From positions 2,100 through 66,099 of the forward strand of contig NZ_JBQCHT010000010.1 in NCBI RefSeq assembly GCF_051954415.1: a DNA stretch of 64,000 nt. The letters are read 5' to 3'. Of this stretch, positions 47,464 through 56,902 are shown in pieces; positions within the stretch are counted from its first letter, which is position 1; each line of letters opens with the position of its first letter. Below the pieces are notes generated by a model. The model saw only the letters and a program-made list of their open reading frames with translations. It searched no databases and was not told the DNA's origin. The stretch comes from Asticcacaulis sp. (GTDB lineage: Bacteria > Pseudomonadota > Alphaproteobacteria > Caulobacterales > Caulobacteraceae). The position numbers and the translations under genes are program-made.

Positions 47464-49109
47464 TAAGGCCCCTGCTGGCCGGCCTGTGCCTGCTGATGAC
47501 CCTGGCCCTGCCGGCCTGCTCAAAGGCGGCATCGCCGGAGCAGATCGCCGCTGGCAAGGCGGTTTTTGCCGCCAACTGTGCGCTTTGCCATGACGCCAGC
47601 CCGGCCATGGGGACGTTCCAGGGGCCGCCGCTATTTGGCGTGGCTGGCCGCAAGATCGGCGGCGTGGCGGGCTTCGACTATTCCGATGCCCTGAAGGCGG
47701 CGCATGGCCGTGGCGAAACCTGGAATGAAAGCAGTCTCGATGCCTTCCTGGCCGATCCGCAGCAGGCCATGCCGGGCACGCAGATGCCGGTCAATGTGCC
47801 GGATGCCACCGATCGCCGCAACCTGATCGCCTACCTCACCAGCCTGAACGGTAAGACCGCTACCACAGCAAAGACGGTGACACCGGTCAGCGGCAACGGC
47901 AATTTCGATTGGCGTAAGGATGCACCGGGCGTCCTGCATCGGGTGACGGTGGCGGATTTACCGAAGCCCTTCGCCACCAATTCCGCTGGCAACAGCGCGC
48001 AATATGTCGCGCCATCGGCAAATTTCCGGCCGAAGGTGCCGGCTGGGTTTACTGTGTCGCAGTTCTCGCAGGATCTGGACGGGCCGCGCAATATGCGCAT
48101 GGCGCCGAACGGCGATCTTTACGTGGCGGAATCCGGCCGGGGCCGCATCAGCGTTTTTCACAATCAGGGCGGCAGGCTCAGCGCCGCACGAGAGACCTTT
48201 GCCGAAGGACTGGATCAGCCGTTCGGCATCGCCTTCCTGAACGGTTATGCCTATATCGCCAATGTTGGCTCGGTGGTGCGGATTCCGATCGCAGGTGGCA
48301 AAGCTGAAACGGTGGTCGCCAATCTCTCGACGACCGGCGGCCATTCGACGCGCGATATCGCCATCTCGGCCGATGGCCAGTATATCTATGTCAGTGTCGG
48401 TTCCGCCAGTAATGTGGCCGAAGGTATCGGTAAGGCGCCGAAGGACTTCATCGCCGGTCATGCCCTCGGTGAAAGCTGGGGCAGCGAGGCAGGGCGGGCA
48501 CTGGTTCTGCGTTTCCGGGCGGATGGCAGCGACCGCCACGTCTTCGCTACCGGCATCCGCAACTGCGTCGGTCTGGCTTTCAGGCCGGGCACGGATGACC
48601 TCTACTGCACGACCAACGAACGCGACATGCTGGGCGACAACCTGGTGCCGGACTATTTCACCCGCGTCACCGACGGCCAGTTCTTCGGCTGGCCGTGGTA
48701 CTATCTTGGCGATCATGAAGACCCGCGCCAGGCGGGGGTGCGGCCTGACCTGAAAGGCAAGATCAGCCTGCCGGATACCCTGTTTGTATCGCATTCGGCG
48801 CCGCTGGGCTTTACCTTCTATCACGCACCGGCGGGCGCGGCCTTTGCTTTCCCCTCGCAATACGATGGCGCGGCCTTTATCGCCCTGCATGGCTCATGGA
48901 ACCGTGCGGCGCGCACTGGCTCCAAAGTGGTGATCGCTCGCATGAAGGATGGGCGGCCGACCGGCGAATATGAGGACTTCCTGACCGGCTTTATTCTCGA
49001 TGACCGGCATGTGTCGGGTCGCCCGGTCGGTGTGGCGGTCGGACCGGAAGGCGCGCTCTATGTGTCGGACGATGCGGGGAACCGTATCTGGCGGGTAGCG
49101 CCTGAATAG
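47460..49109 (+). CDS. Cytochrome c domain fused to a PQQ-dependent sugar (glucose/sorbosone) dehydrogenase beta-propeller; lipoprotein
   Basis: It has a lipobox (LALPAC), a CALCH heme site and propeller repeats. The TTG at 47460 overlaps the upstream stop; the ATG at 47418 is the alternative. Confidence 0.75.
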   Translation: MIRPLLAGLCLLMTLALPACSKAASPEQIAAGKAVFAANCALCHDASPAMGTFQGPPLFGVAGRKIGGVAGFDYSDALKAAHGRGETWNESSLDAFLADPQQAMPGTQMPVNVPDATDRRNLIAYLTSLNGKTATTAKTVTPVSGNGNFDWRKDAPGVLHRVTVADLPKPFATNSAGNSAQYVAPSANFRPKVPAGFTVSQFSQDLDGPRNMRMAPNGDLYVAESGRGRISVFHNQGGRLSAARETFAEGLDQPFGIAFLNGYAYIANVGSVVRIPIAGGKAETVVANLSTTGGHSTRDIAISADGQYIYVSVGSASNVAEGIGKAPKDFIAGHALGESWGSEAGRALVLRFRADGSDRHVFATGIRNCVGLAFRPGTDDLYCTTNERDMLGDNLVPDYFTRVTDGQFFGWPWYYLGDHEDPRQAGVRPDLKGKISLPDTLFVSHSAPLGFTFYHAPAGAAFAFPSQYDGAAFIALHGSWNRAARTGSKVVIARMKDGRPTGEYEDFLTGFILDDRHVSGRPVGVAVGPEGALYVSDDAGNRIWRVAPE

Positions 49110-49190
49110 AAATTTCCGGCGCATTAGCGGTTCTTAAATGACCTTCGTATAGCGTCGGTTCATTCGATTTGCGTAGAAGGTTTACCTGTA

Positions 49191-49691
49191 ATGGCCATGC
49201 CGGAAAAAGCTCAGATTATTCAAGTGCCAAACACCTTGCGCGCCAAGGTGGGCGGACGCCTGGGCGCACTGGATGCCCAGGCCGTCGCCAAGGCGGAAGC
49301 GGCCCTGGCCGATCTGTCCAACCATTTTGAAGACTGGTTGATGGATGAAATCAGGAAGCTGGAAGAGGTTCAGGCCCGGATCAAGGAAGAGGGGCTGAAC
49401 ATGGTCAATTCCGACCAGCTCTTTTATCGCGCCCATGATCTCAAGGGGCTGGGCACAACCTACGGGTTCCCGCTGATCACACGCGTGGCCGGTTCGCTGT
49501 GCAAGATGCTGGACGAGGAAGAAAAGCGCATGATTGCGCCATGGAAACTGGTTGAAGCCCACCTCGATGCCATTCGCGCCATTGTGCGCGGCCAGATCAA
49601 GACCGTTGATCATCCGACGGGCCTGATGCTGTCCGAAACGCTGGAAGCCCGTGTCAAGGAACACCTGGAAGCGGCTGGTTTGTATACCTGA
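49191..49691 (+). CDS. Stand-alone Hpt (histidine phosphotransfer) domain protein
   Basis: AHDLKGLGTTYGF is an HxxKG phosphohistidine motif within a helical protein. Confidence 0.6.
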   Translation: MAMPEKAQIIQVPNTLRAKVGGRLGALDAQAVAKAEAALADLSNHFEDWLMDEIRKLEEVQARIKEEGLNMVNSDQLFYRAHDLKGLGTTYGFPLITRVAGSLCKMLDEEEKRMIAPWKLVEAHLDAIRAIVRGQIKTVDHPTGLMLSETLEARVKEHLEAAGLYT

Positions 49692-49715
49692 TCTCAGCAG
49701 TAAACTGAATAAAAG

Positions 49716-49749
49716 AAAGCCCCCGCCGGTAGGACCGGCGGGGGCTTTT
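49716..49749. terminator. Bidirectional intrinsic terminator
   Basis: AAAGCCCCCGCCGGT-agg-ACCGGCGGGGGCTTTT lies between convergent genes. Confidence 0.85.
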
Positions 49750-49768
49750 CACTATAAACGCTGTCGTT

Positions 49769-51337
49769 TTAGTCCAGCGAAACGACCGTGACCGATTCCG
49801 GCGCCAGTTTCAGTACCACTTTACTGCCCTTCGCCGTGGCGGAAATGGCCTTGGGCACGACCGTGTTCGGCCTGTCGAAGGTGTTGATGCTGTCGATCTT
49901 CGGCGCCGTCAGGGTCTGGCCGGAGGCGGATTTCGCTTTCAGGCCGAGCGCTGTCAGGTCGACTTCGAGTGGCTGGGTCGGGTCGATATTGGTGATCGAG
50001 ACATAGACCTTGCCGTCTTTTGCTTTCGCTGCGGCGATATCGGCCCGCGGCAGGGTGACGCCGCCGTGGGTATAGGTGCCGGCATCATAGGTGACCGGCA
50101 GGAAGGTGGCATCCTGCCACGGCACGTACATCTTGAAGACGTGATAGGTCGGGGTCAGCACCATCTTGTCGCCATCGGTCAGGATCATGGCCTGGAGGAC
50201 ATTGATCATCTGGGCGATATTGGCCATGCGGACGCGATCGGCATGACGGGTGAAGATGTTGATCGTCACGGCCGCCAGGACAGCATCGCGCTGCGAGTTC
50301 TGCTGGAAGAGGAAGCCGGGATTGGTGCCGGGCTCGTTCTTTAGCCAGGCGCCCCATTCATCGACCACGAGCGCCACCTTTTTCTGCGGGTCGTACTTGT
50401 CCATGATGGCCGAATGCTTGGTGACCAGCTCGTCCATGCGCAGGGCGGTCTTGATCACCTTGGCGTATTCGGTTTCATCGAAGCCGGAGGCCGGCTGGTA
50501 GGGCGGCCAGTTTTCGAAGCCCGAATAAAAGTGCAGGGAGAGACCGTCTATCTCCTTGCCTTGCGTGTCTTTCATGACCGTTTCGGTCCAGTTGTAGTCA
50601 TCGACATTGGCGCCGGAAGCGATTTTCATCATGCGCTTGTCGCCGACCTGTTCAGGATTGTAGTTCTTGGCGTAGGTCGAGAAGGCGCGATATTCGTCGG
50701 CATAGTGTTCCGGCGTCATATTGCCGCCGCAGCCCCAGCTTTCATTGCCGATGCCGAGGAAGTTGACGGCGTAGGGCGCCGGGTGGCCGTTTTCACGGCG
50801 CGCCATGGCCAGGCTGGTTTCCTTTTCCGAGGTCATGTATTCCAGCCATTCGGCGGTTTCGCGCGGTGTGGAAGAGCCGACATTGGCCGAGACGTAGGAT
50901 TCGGCGCCGATCTGGCTCAGGAAGTCCATATATTCATCGGTGCCGAAGGTATTGGGCTCGATCACGCCGCCCCAGTTGGAATTGAGCGTCACCGGGCGCG
51001 GACCTTTGCCGATGCCTTTTTCCCAGTGATATTCGTCGGCGAAGCAACCGCCTGGCCAGCGCACATTGGGCACCTTGATCGCTTTCAGGGCCGCCACGAC
51101 GTCATTGCGGATGCCGCGGGTATTGGGGATGGGCGAATCCTTGCCGACCCAGATACCGCCATAGATGCCGGTGCCGAGGTGCTCGGCGAACTGCCCGAAG
51201 ATCTGGCGGCTGATCGGCGCGCCAGGCTTGGTGGTGTCGACCATGACTTGGGTGACTGGGGTAGCGGCAGAGGCCGCGGCGCTCCAGCCGAAAGCCAGCA
51301 GGCCGAGCGCGGTTAAGGAAATAGCGTGATGACGCAT
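49769..51337 (-). CDS. GH51 alpha-L-arabinofuranosidase, secreted
   Basis: It has a signal peptide and the sequences WPGGCFADEYHWEKGIG and GIGNESWGCGG. Confidence 0.88.
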   Translation of the reverse strand: MRHHAISLTALGLLAFGWSAAASAATPVTQVMVDTTKPGAPISRQIFGQFAEHLGTGIYGGIWVGKDSPIPNTRGIRNDVVAALKAIKVPNVRWPGGCFADEYHWEKGIGKGPRPVTLNSNWGGVIEPNTFGTDEYMDFLSQIGAESYVSANVGSSTPRETAEWLEYMTSEKETSLAMARRENGHPAPYAVNFLGIGNESWGCGGNMTPEHYADEYRAFSTYAKNYNPEQVGDKRMMKIASGANVDDYNWTETVMKDTQGKEIDGLSLHFYSGFENWPPYQPASGFDETEYAKVIKTALRMDELVTKHSAIMDKYDPQKKVALVVDEWGAWLKNEPGTNPGFLFQQNSQRDAVLAAVTINIFTRHADRVRMANIAQMINVLQAMILTDGDKMVLTPTYHVFKMYVPWQDATFLPVTYDAGTYTHGGVTLPRADIAAAKAKDGKVYVSITNIDPTQPLEVDLTALGLKAKSASGQTLTAPKIDSINTFDRPNTVVPKAISATAKGSKVVLKLAPESVTVVSLD

Positions 51338-51423
51338 GAAAAGAAACTCCCTGAAGTGTCCGGTATTATGGTTGGGTTATTTTGTAGGACAATTAAAATG
51401 GGCTGACAAGGCGTCTTTTTCGG

Positions 51424-51867
51424 CTATTTTTCGCGTAGATTCTGGCCCAGCACCTTGACTTCCTCACGCAAAGCGATGAGGCCGTCCAGTTCCAGGCCGG
51501 AGGCACAAAGCATGGCCTGCGGGATGGCGCGGGCCTTTTCCCTCAGACTTTTGCCTTGCGGAGTCAGGTGGACGCGCACGATGCGCTCGTCCTTTGCATC
51601 CCGACCGCGTGTCAGCAGGCCGGCCTTTTCCATGCGTTTAAGCAGGGGGGTGAGGGTGCCGGAATCGAGATGCAAGGGATGGGCGATCTCGTTGACCGAA
51701 CGGCCATCCTGATCCCACAGCAGCAGCATGACGAGATACTGCGGATAGGTCAGACCCATCGGGTCGAGGTGCGGCTTGTAGGCCTGTGCAAAAGCGTGCG
51801 CCGCCGAATAGACGGCGAAGCATATCTGGTTTTCGAGTTTCAGTTCTGGCGGGGAGGTGTCAGGCAT
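51424..51867 (-). CDS. ohrR: MarR-family organic hydroperoxide sensor/repressor OhrR
   Basis: The sequence has LENQICFAVYSA (the sensing Cys) and LTYPQYLVMLLLW. It is divergent from ohr. Confidence 0.9.
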   Translation of the reverse strand: MPDTSPPELKLENQICFAVYSAAHAFAQAYKPHLDPMGLTYPQYLVMLLLWDQDGRSVNEIAHPLHLDSGTLTPLLKRMEKAGLLTRGRDAKDERIVRVHLTPQGKSLREKARAIPQAMLCASGLELDGLIALREEVKVLGQNLREK

Positions 51868-51900
51868 TTCGTTCTCGGAAAAATTTATCGATATATAGCG

Positions 51901-51940
51901 CACAATTTAATTGACATCAAATTGCGCGCAATATAATTGT
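51901..51940. promoter_or_regulatory. OhrR operator region (CAATT-T-AATTG palindrome plus a second AT-rich half-palindrome)
   Basis: CACAATTTAATTGAC lies at 51901-51915 and CAATATAATTG at 51929-51939, in the ohrR-ohr divergent spacer. Confidence 0.65.
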
Positions 51941-51983
51941 TCATTATTAAATTTAACCCCAGAGACTAACAAGGAGACTGACA

Positions 51984-52406
51984 ATGACTGAAGCTGTAAC
52001 CGTTCTTTACACCGCCCACGGCAAGGCCACCGGCGGCCGCGAAGGCACCGCCTCGGCGGGCAATCAAAACCTGAAACTCTCGACACCCAAAGAACTGGGC
52101 GGCGCGGGTGGTGACGGCACCAATCCGGAAGAACTGTTCGCCATGGGCTATGCCGCCTGCTTCATCGGCGCGTTGAAAGCTGTGGGCGCCGGCCAGAAGA
52201 TCGCCGTGCCGGCCGATACCCACATCGAATCGAGCGTTGGCATCGGCAAGATCAGCCACGGTTTCGGCATCACGGTCGAACTGAAGATTTCCCTGCCGGG
52301 CCTGGCGCCGGACGTGGCTGATAAATTAATTAGCGACGCCCACCAGGTCTGCCCGTATTCCAATGCCACCCGCGGCAATATCGATGTGAAGCTGTCGCGG
52401 GTTTAG
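51984..52406 (+). CDS. ohr: Organic hydroperoxide resistance protein Ohr (OsmC family)
   Basis: The sequence has GYAACFIGAL and QVCPYSNATRGNI. Confidence 0.94.
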   Translation: MTEAVTVLYTAHGKATGGREGTASAGNQNLKLSTPKELGGAGGDGTNPEELFAMGYAACFIGALKAVGAGQKIAVPADTHIESSVGIGKISHGFGITVELKISLPGLAPDVADKLISDAHQVCPYSNATRGNIDVKLSRV

Positions 52407-52427
52407 GTTAGAGCCTGACCCAGGAAT

Positions 52428-52457
52428 AAAGCCCTCCGGTTCTGCCGGAGGGCTTTT
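52428..52457. terminator. Bidirectional intrinsic terminator
   Basis: AAAGCCCTCCGG-ttctg-CCGGAGGGCTTTT. Confidence 0.85.
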
Positions 52458-52458
52458 C

Positions 52459-53352
52459 TTATGCGGTCGGTTTCAGAGGATGATAAATATCGGCGATGAT
52501 ATGCCAGTCGGAGACATTCGGGCCGTCCTTGCGCCAGACGCGGATATAGTAGCCCTGCACGGTGGCATCGTGAGTATCGGTGGCGGCATGTCCCCAGGTG
52601 TAACCAAAGTCACCGGCCTTCGAGACGCCCTGGCCTTCGGGCACCCAGGCCAGGCCCTGCGGACGAGTATCGAGGATCGGCAGGCGGGCTTCCAGCGTCT
52701 GGGCCGGTGCGCCAGTCTCCTGGCTGACAATGCTCGGCGGCACCAGGAAGCCATTATAGGCCGTGGTGGCGGTTTGCACTGTCAGCGCCTTGTTGAGCGT
52801 GATGTCGGCGGCCATCATTTCGCCGGCGGCGGTGCCAGGGTTATCGCTCGTCCCGCGGGGGATGAAGTCTGTATAGGTCGGCTGCTTTGGCGGCAGGGCG
52901 TCAACGGGACCACTGCCGGCGCGCGTATCGATCAGCCATTTCCAGGTGCCGTCCGCCTGCTTTTGCCAGACCGTGAAGAACCAGCCGCCTTCAGGATTAT
53001 CACCATAAGTCCAGCCGCCGAGATCATAGGCCAGGTCGCCGGACGATGAAATGCCGAGCCGCGCCGGCCACCATCTAAGCTGCGAGGGCGGTTCGCTTGG
53101 AGTGGCGGCCAGGGCAGCGGCGGTTATGTCGTGCGTGCGTTCCGGCGCGGGACCGAAGGTCAGGGCGTCCGGGGCCGAGTATTCATGGAAGCCGGCATTG
53201 AAGCCGTGCTCAAAGGTAAAGGCATCAAAGGCGCGCTCGGCGGCGATGACCTCTTCGGACGGCAGGGGCGGCGGCGCGGGCGGCGCCTTTTTGGCAAAGG
53301 CCGGCGCGGCCAATAAGCCGCTGATCAGAATGCCGATGATAACCCGTTTCAT
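52459..53352 (-). CDS. Secreted protein with two NTF2/SnoaL-like (DUF4440-like) halves
   Basis: It has a signal peptide (MKRVIIGILISGLLAAPAFA). The pattern W..V/IW(Q/R)K..DG.W recurs in each half. Confidence 0.5.
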   Translation of the reverse strand: MKRVIIGILISGLLAAPAFAKKAPPAPPPLPSEEVIAAERAFDAFTFEHGFNAGFHEYSAPDALTFGPAPERTHDITAAALAATPSEPPSQLRWWPARLGISSSGDLAYDLGGWTYGDNPEGGWFFTVWQKQADGTWKWLIDTRAGSGPVDALPPKQPTYTDFIPRGTSDNPGTAAGEMMAADITLNKALTVQTATTAYNGFLVPPSIVSQETGAPAQTLEARLPILDTRPQGLAWVPEGQGVSKAGDFGYTWGHAATDTHDATVQGYYIRVWRKDGPNVSDWHIIADIYHPLKPTA

Positions 53353-53427
53353 GCAGAACCCCCATCTAACCCCATATAGGTATAATGCGCCGCAATATGA
53401 GTTTGGCAAGTCCTGAACTGGTGTCTG

Positions 53428-54039
53428 TTACGGTTTGCGCGCCACCATATCGATGAGGGCCGATTTTCCGCGGTGACCGGGGCCTTCATCAAGTTCCGCC
53501 TCGTACGTGCTCAGAGTCAGCATGTCCATGTCAACAAAAGCTTCACGTAACAGCGTCTCGGTGTACAGGTTTTCGATTTCAGAGGGGCCGCCCGTGCGGT
53601 ATTCGAGCTGTTTCGGGGTATAGCCGTGCAGCAGGATCAGCCCGCCCGGCTTCACCGCGCGTTTCATGCCCTGGAAAATTTCGGCACGAAAATCCGGTGC
53701 TGCGAACTGGATGAAGATGGCGACAACGGCATCATAGGCCGCTTCCGGCCAGTCATAGCCCTTAAGGTCGGCCTGGCGTATGTCCATGCTGACGCCGGCT
53801 TGTGCCGCCAGGCGGCGAGCCTTGGCCACGCCGTTGGCGGCATAATCCACGGCTTCGACCGCGTGGCCGAGACTGGCGAGATAGACGCCGTTGCGTCCTT
53901 CGCCATCGGCCGGCAGGAAAACGCGGCTATGCGGTCGTAAAAGCGGCGCATAGTTGCGAATAAAGGCGCTGGGCGCGGTGCCGAAGAGGTAGTCAGGCGT
54001 ATCGTAGCGCGTGTTCCAAAAATTCGTCGGTGTCGTCAT
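53428..54039 (-). CDS. Class I SAM-dependent methyltransferase (TehB-like)
   Basis: The sequence has VFLPADGEGRNGVYLA...GGLILLHGY. It is the last gene of the S-box-led cluster. Confidence 0.7.
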   Translation of the reverse strand: MTTPTNFWNTRYDTPDYLFGTAPSAFIRNYAPLLRPHSRVFLPADGEGRNGVYLASLGHAVEAVDYAANGVAKARRLAAQAGVSMDIRQADLKGYDWPEAAYDAVVAIFIQFAAPDFRAEIFQGMKRAVKPGGLILLHGYTPKQLEYRTGGPSEIENLYTETLLREAFVDMDMLTLSTYEAELDEGPGHRGKSALIDMVARKP

Positions 54040-54058
54040 AAACGCCTCCTGCCGCAGG

Positions 54059-55228
54059 TTAATCTATAAGGTCCAAACTGCGTTCAAGGGCGGCGATCAG
54101 GTCCGGGGCTTCTTCCAGGCCGATCGACAGGCGGATGAGACCGTCGCTGATGCCGGCCGTGGCCAGGGCTTCCGGCGACATGGCGGCGTGGGTCATCGAG
54201 GCCGGGTGGACGATCAAACTCTCGATGCCGCCGAGCGATTCCGCCAGCGAAAACAATTCGATATGATCAAAAAGCTGCTTCACTGCTTCAAGTCCGCCGG
54301 CCAGTTCGAAGCTCATCATGGCGCCGAAACCGGCCTGCTGCTTTTTCGCCAGGTTGTGCTGGGGATGCGAGGGCAGTCCGGGATAGTGGACAGCCTTGAC
54401 CTTCGGGTGGGCGTACAGGAATTCGGCCACAGCCTGCGCCGACTGCTGCTGCTGGCGGACGCGGACGAACAGGGTGCGCACGCCGCGTAAGGTCAGGTAG
54501 CTGTCGAACGGCGCGGCGGTGGCGCCAACACAATTGGCCCACCAGCGATAGAGCGTCACGTCTTCCGGCGTGGTGCAGACCAGGGCGCCGCCGATCACGT
54601 CCGAATGGCCGTTGATATATTTGGTCGTCGAATGGACGACGAAATCGGCGCCGAACTTGATCGGGTTTTGCAGAGCCGGCGACAGGAAAGTGTTGTCCAC
54701 GGCCACCTTGGCGCCGGCCTTGTGGCCCAGGGCGATCAGCTTTTCCAGGTCGATCAGGCGCATCAGCGGATTGGAGGGCGTCTCCAGCAGGAGCAGGGCG
54801 GTCGGCTCGGAAAGGGCCTTTTCAATGGCGGCGTCATCGCCCTGATCGACATAGACGAGATCGATCAGGCCCTGTTTGGCGCGGGCATTGAGCAGGCGCT
54901 GGGTGCCGCCATAGCAATCATGCGGTACGACCACGCGGCGATTGCCGGGCAGATCCTGCCAGAGGAGATCAAGCGCCGCCAGTCCGGAGGCGGTCATGAC
55001 CGCGCCGACGCCGCCTTCGAGTTCGGCAATGACTTCGGCGATGATGTCGCGGTTCGGATTGCCCGACCGGCCATAATCATAGCTGCGCTTCTTGCCGAAG
55101 CCTTCGAAGGTGTAGTTGGTCGTCAGGTAAATCGGCGGCATAACCGCGCCGTGCGCCGGGTCAGAGTCGATGCCGATATTGATGACCTTGGTGCCGAGGC
55201 CGGCATTTTTCAGATAGTCTTTGGACAC
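54059..55228 (-). CDS. metB: Cystathionine gamma-synthase (Cys/Met PLP family)
   Basis: It looks MetB-like along its full length. It has DNTFLSPALQNP and STTKYINGHSD (the PLP lysine). Confidence 0.8.
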   Translation of the reverse strand: MSKDYLKNAGLGTKVINIGIDSDPAHGAVMPPIYLTTNYTFEGFGKKRSYDYGRSGNPNRDIIAEVIAELEGGVGAVMTASGLAALDLLWQDLPGNRRVVVPHDCYGGTQRLLNARAKQGLIDLVYVDQGDDAAIEKALSEPTALLLLETPSNPLMRLIDLEKLIALGHKAGAKVAVDNTFLSPALQNPIKFGADFVVHSTTKYINGHSDVIGGALVCTTPEDVTLYRWWANCVGATAAPFDSYLTLRGVRTLFVRVRQQQQSAQAVAEFLYAHPKVKAVHYPGLPSHPQHNLAKKQQAGFGAMMSFELAGGLEAVKQLFDHIELFSLAESLGGIESLIVHPASMTHAAMSPEALATAGISDGLIRLSIGLEEAPDLIAALERSLDLID

Positions 55229-55237
55229 GTTAAAGCT

Positions 55238-55723
55238 CTAGTTTGAAGTCGAGGTGGCGGTGGGTTGAGTAGGGCGAACTGATGCTGCAATTTCCTGTGC
55301 CAGCGGGTTATGTTCCTCGCCTTTTATAATCCAGATGTGCAATTCGGAGGGCCAACTATAATCCGTTTGCCATAAGAAACCGCGAATGGTTTGAGTCTGG
55401 TCTGACGCAACAACAATACGGCTTCGCTTGCCGATGTCTGGCTTGGCGATCAGTCCTTCATTGTTATTATCAATATTGGCTGCGTTACCAGCATATATGC
55501 CGATCAAGGGGGTATTTTTGCAGGTGACGCGTAAAATCGCAAAGTCGAGCTGGGCGTCGCCACCCATCAGATTACACTCTTTTGGCAAGTCAATTGCAAA
55601 TGCCTCCTTCGCCTCAACGGATTGGCGCATGTCCTTGGCAGGAGGAGGTGAAGAAGGGGGACGGTGCTGACAACTGGCCAATAATAGAAATGCGGTCGCC
55701 GGAATCAGGTATGGCGCTTTCAT
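55238..55723 (-). CDS. Hypothetical lipoprotein (161 aa), low GC
   Basis: It has a lipobox (LLASC). A hand count gives about 49% GC. It is wedged between metX and metB with 15-nt and 9-nt spacers. Confidence 0.55.
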   Translation of the reverse strand: MKAPYLIPATAFLLLASCQHRPPSSPPPAKDMRQSVEAKEAFAIDLPKECNLMGGDAQLDFAILRVTCKNTPLIGIYAGNAANIDNNNEGLIAKPDIGKRSRIVVASDQTQTIRGFLWQTDYSWPSELHIWIIKGEEHNPLAQEIAASVRPTQPTATSTSN

Positions 55724-55738
55724 AATTCTCCCCCTCGG

Positions 55739-56719
55739 TCATTTTAGTGAAGTGCGAACGATTTCAGAAACGAGCTTGATTTCCTTCAGGAAAGCATCGT
55801 GGCCATAAAGTGAGGGGAAGTCGATGAAGACGCTGTCGGACAGGGCCTCGGAAAGCGCCTTCATATCTTCGTAAGGCACCAGCCGGTCGGTGGGAACGGC
55901 GGCCAGGAAGACCTTGGCCTTGATTTTCGACGGATCGACGCGGTGGCGGTCCAGGCTGTCGGACATCGAGATCCAGCGGTTGACGTCGGTGGCGGTATAG
56001 GCGTCACCACGGGCGCGCAGATAGCCGCAGACGACATAGTTGCCGCCGGCCGTTTCCGGCGGCGGGCCGTCGAAGCGTTCGGAAAATTCGGCGTCGGAAC
56101 GATAGGTGGTCATGGCCAGTTGGCGGGCGAGGGAGATGCCATCCTGCGGCCGGCCGGTCTCTTTTCCGAATTGCAGCAGGCGGCGTTGCAGGCCGCGGAA
56201 GGCGGTCGCCATTGGATGGGCACGGTGGGCGGCGGAGATCACGCACAGGCGCTCAACCGCATCCGGATAGAGCTCGGCGAAGGCGAGACCGATCATGGCA
56301 CCGTAGGAGGCGCCGATAAAGCTGTAAATTTTCTCAACGCCTAACTGGTCGAGCAGCAGCTTTACCAGCCGCGCCTGATCGTGGGTGGTGATGGTATAGA
56401 CCTGCGAAGCCTGCAGGCGCGGGGCGAACTCGATGGAGAGCACCCGGAAGGTATTGAGATCGAGCGCTTCGCCGGGACCGGCCACGCCTTCCCACCAGCC
56501 GGGGGCGGTGTCGGTGGTGTCTTCCTTTGCGAACAGCACGCGGCCGGCCGAAATGCCGCCCGCCGCCACGACCACCGGAGCCTCCTTCGGGCCATAGAGC
56601 CGCGCCACCACGTCCGTCTGCTCCAGCTTCATGCCGCTTTGCAGGCGGAAATCGGCGGGAATGGGAGCGGTGATATCGGTGCCGATCAGATCGGGCGCGC
56701 TGAAGGTGTGGGCGTTCAT
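55739..56719 (-). CDS. metX: Homoserine O-acyltransferase, MetX family (short form)
   Basis: It has an alpha/beta fold with GASYG (the nucleophile), PTDRLVP and YGHDAFL. It lies downstream of an S-box. Confidence 0.75.
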   Translation of the reverse strand: MNAHTFSAPDLIGTDITAPIPADFRLQSGMKLEQTDVVARLYGPKEAPVVVAAGGISAGRVLFAKEDTTDTAPGWWEGVAGPGEALDLNTFRVLSIEFAPRLQASQVYTITTHDQARLVKLLLDQLGVEKIYSFIGASYGAMIGLAFAELYPDAVERLCVISAAHRAHPMATAFRGLQRRLLQFGKETGRPQDGISLARQLAMTTYRSDAEFSERFDGPPPETAGGNYVVCGYLRARGDAYTATDVNRWISMSDSLDRHRVDPSKIKAKVFLAAVPTDRLVPYEDMKALSEALSDSVFIDFPSLYGHDAFLKEIKLVSEIVRTSLK

Positions 56720-56790
56720 GGTGTGTCCGGTCGCTGCAAAACCTCACCGGACCAGACGGGAAAAGACGCCGCGCGGGCGTTGGACTTCCG

Positions 56791-56896
56791 TCTCATCTGT
56801 CAGGGAAATGCGCCCTGTAGGAGTTGGCACCATTCTGCGTTTGCAGCGGTTGCCCCAGCGTCGTTGGGCCTTTCCCTCGGCTGGTCTCGATGAGTA
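56791..56896 (-). promoter_or_regulatory. SAM-I (S-box) riboswitch aptamer
   Basis: The minus strand reads CUCAUCGAGACCAGCCGAGGGAAAGGCCCAACGACGCUGGGGCAACC...AUGGUGCCAACUCCUACAGGG...CCCUGACAGAUGAG. This matches the S-box core (P1 CUCAUC/GAUGAG, GAGGGA, GGCCC, GCAACC, GGUGCCAA). Confidence 0.85.
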
Positions 56897-56902
56897 AGCG
56901 CC

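Noticed and set aside
56825-56839. A sigma54-like TGGCAC-N5-TGC on the + strand.
   Set aside because: The GG/GC spacing is one nt short of the -24/-12 consensus. The TGGCAC is simply the complement of the conserved GGUGCCAA of the S-box on the other strand.
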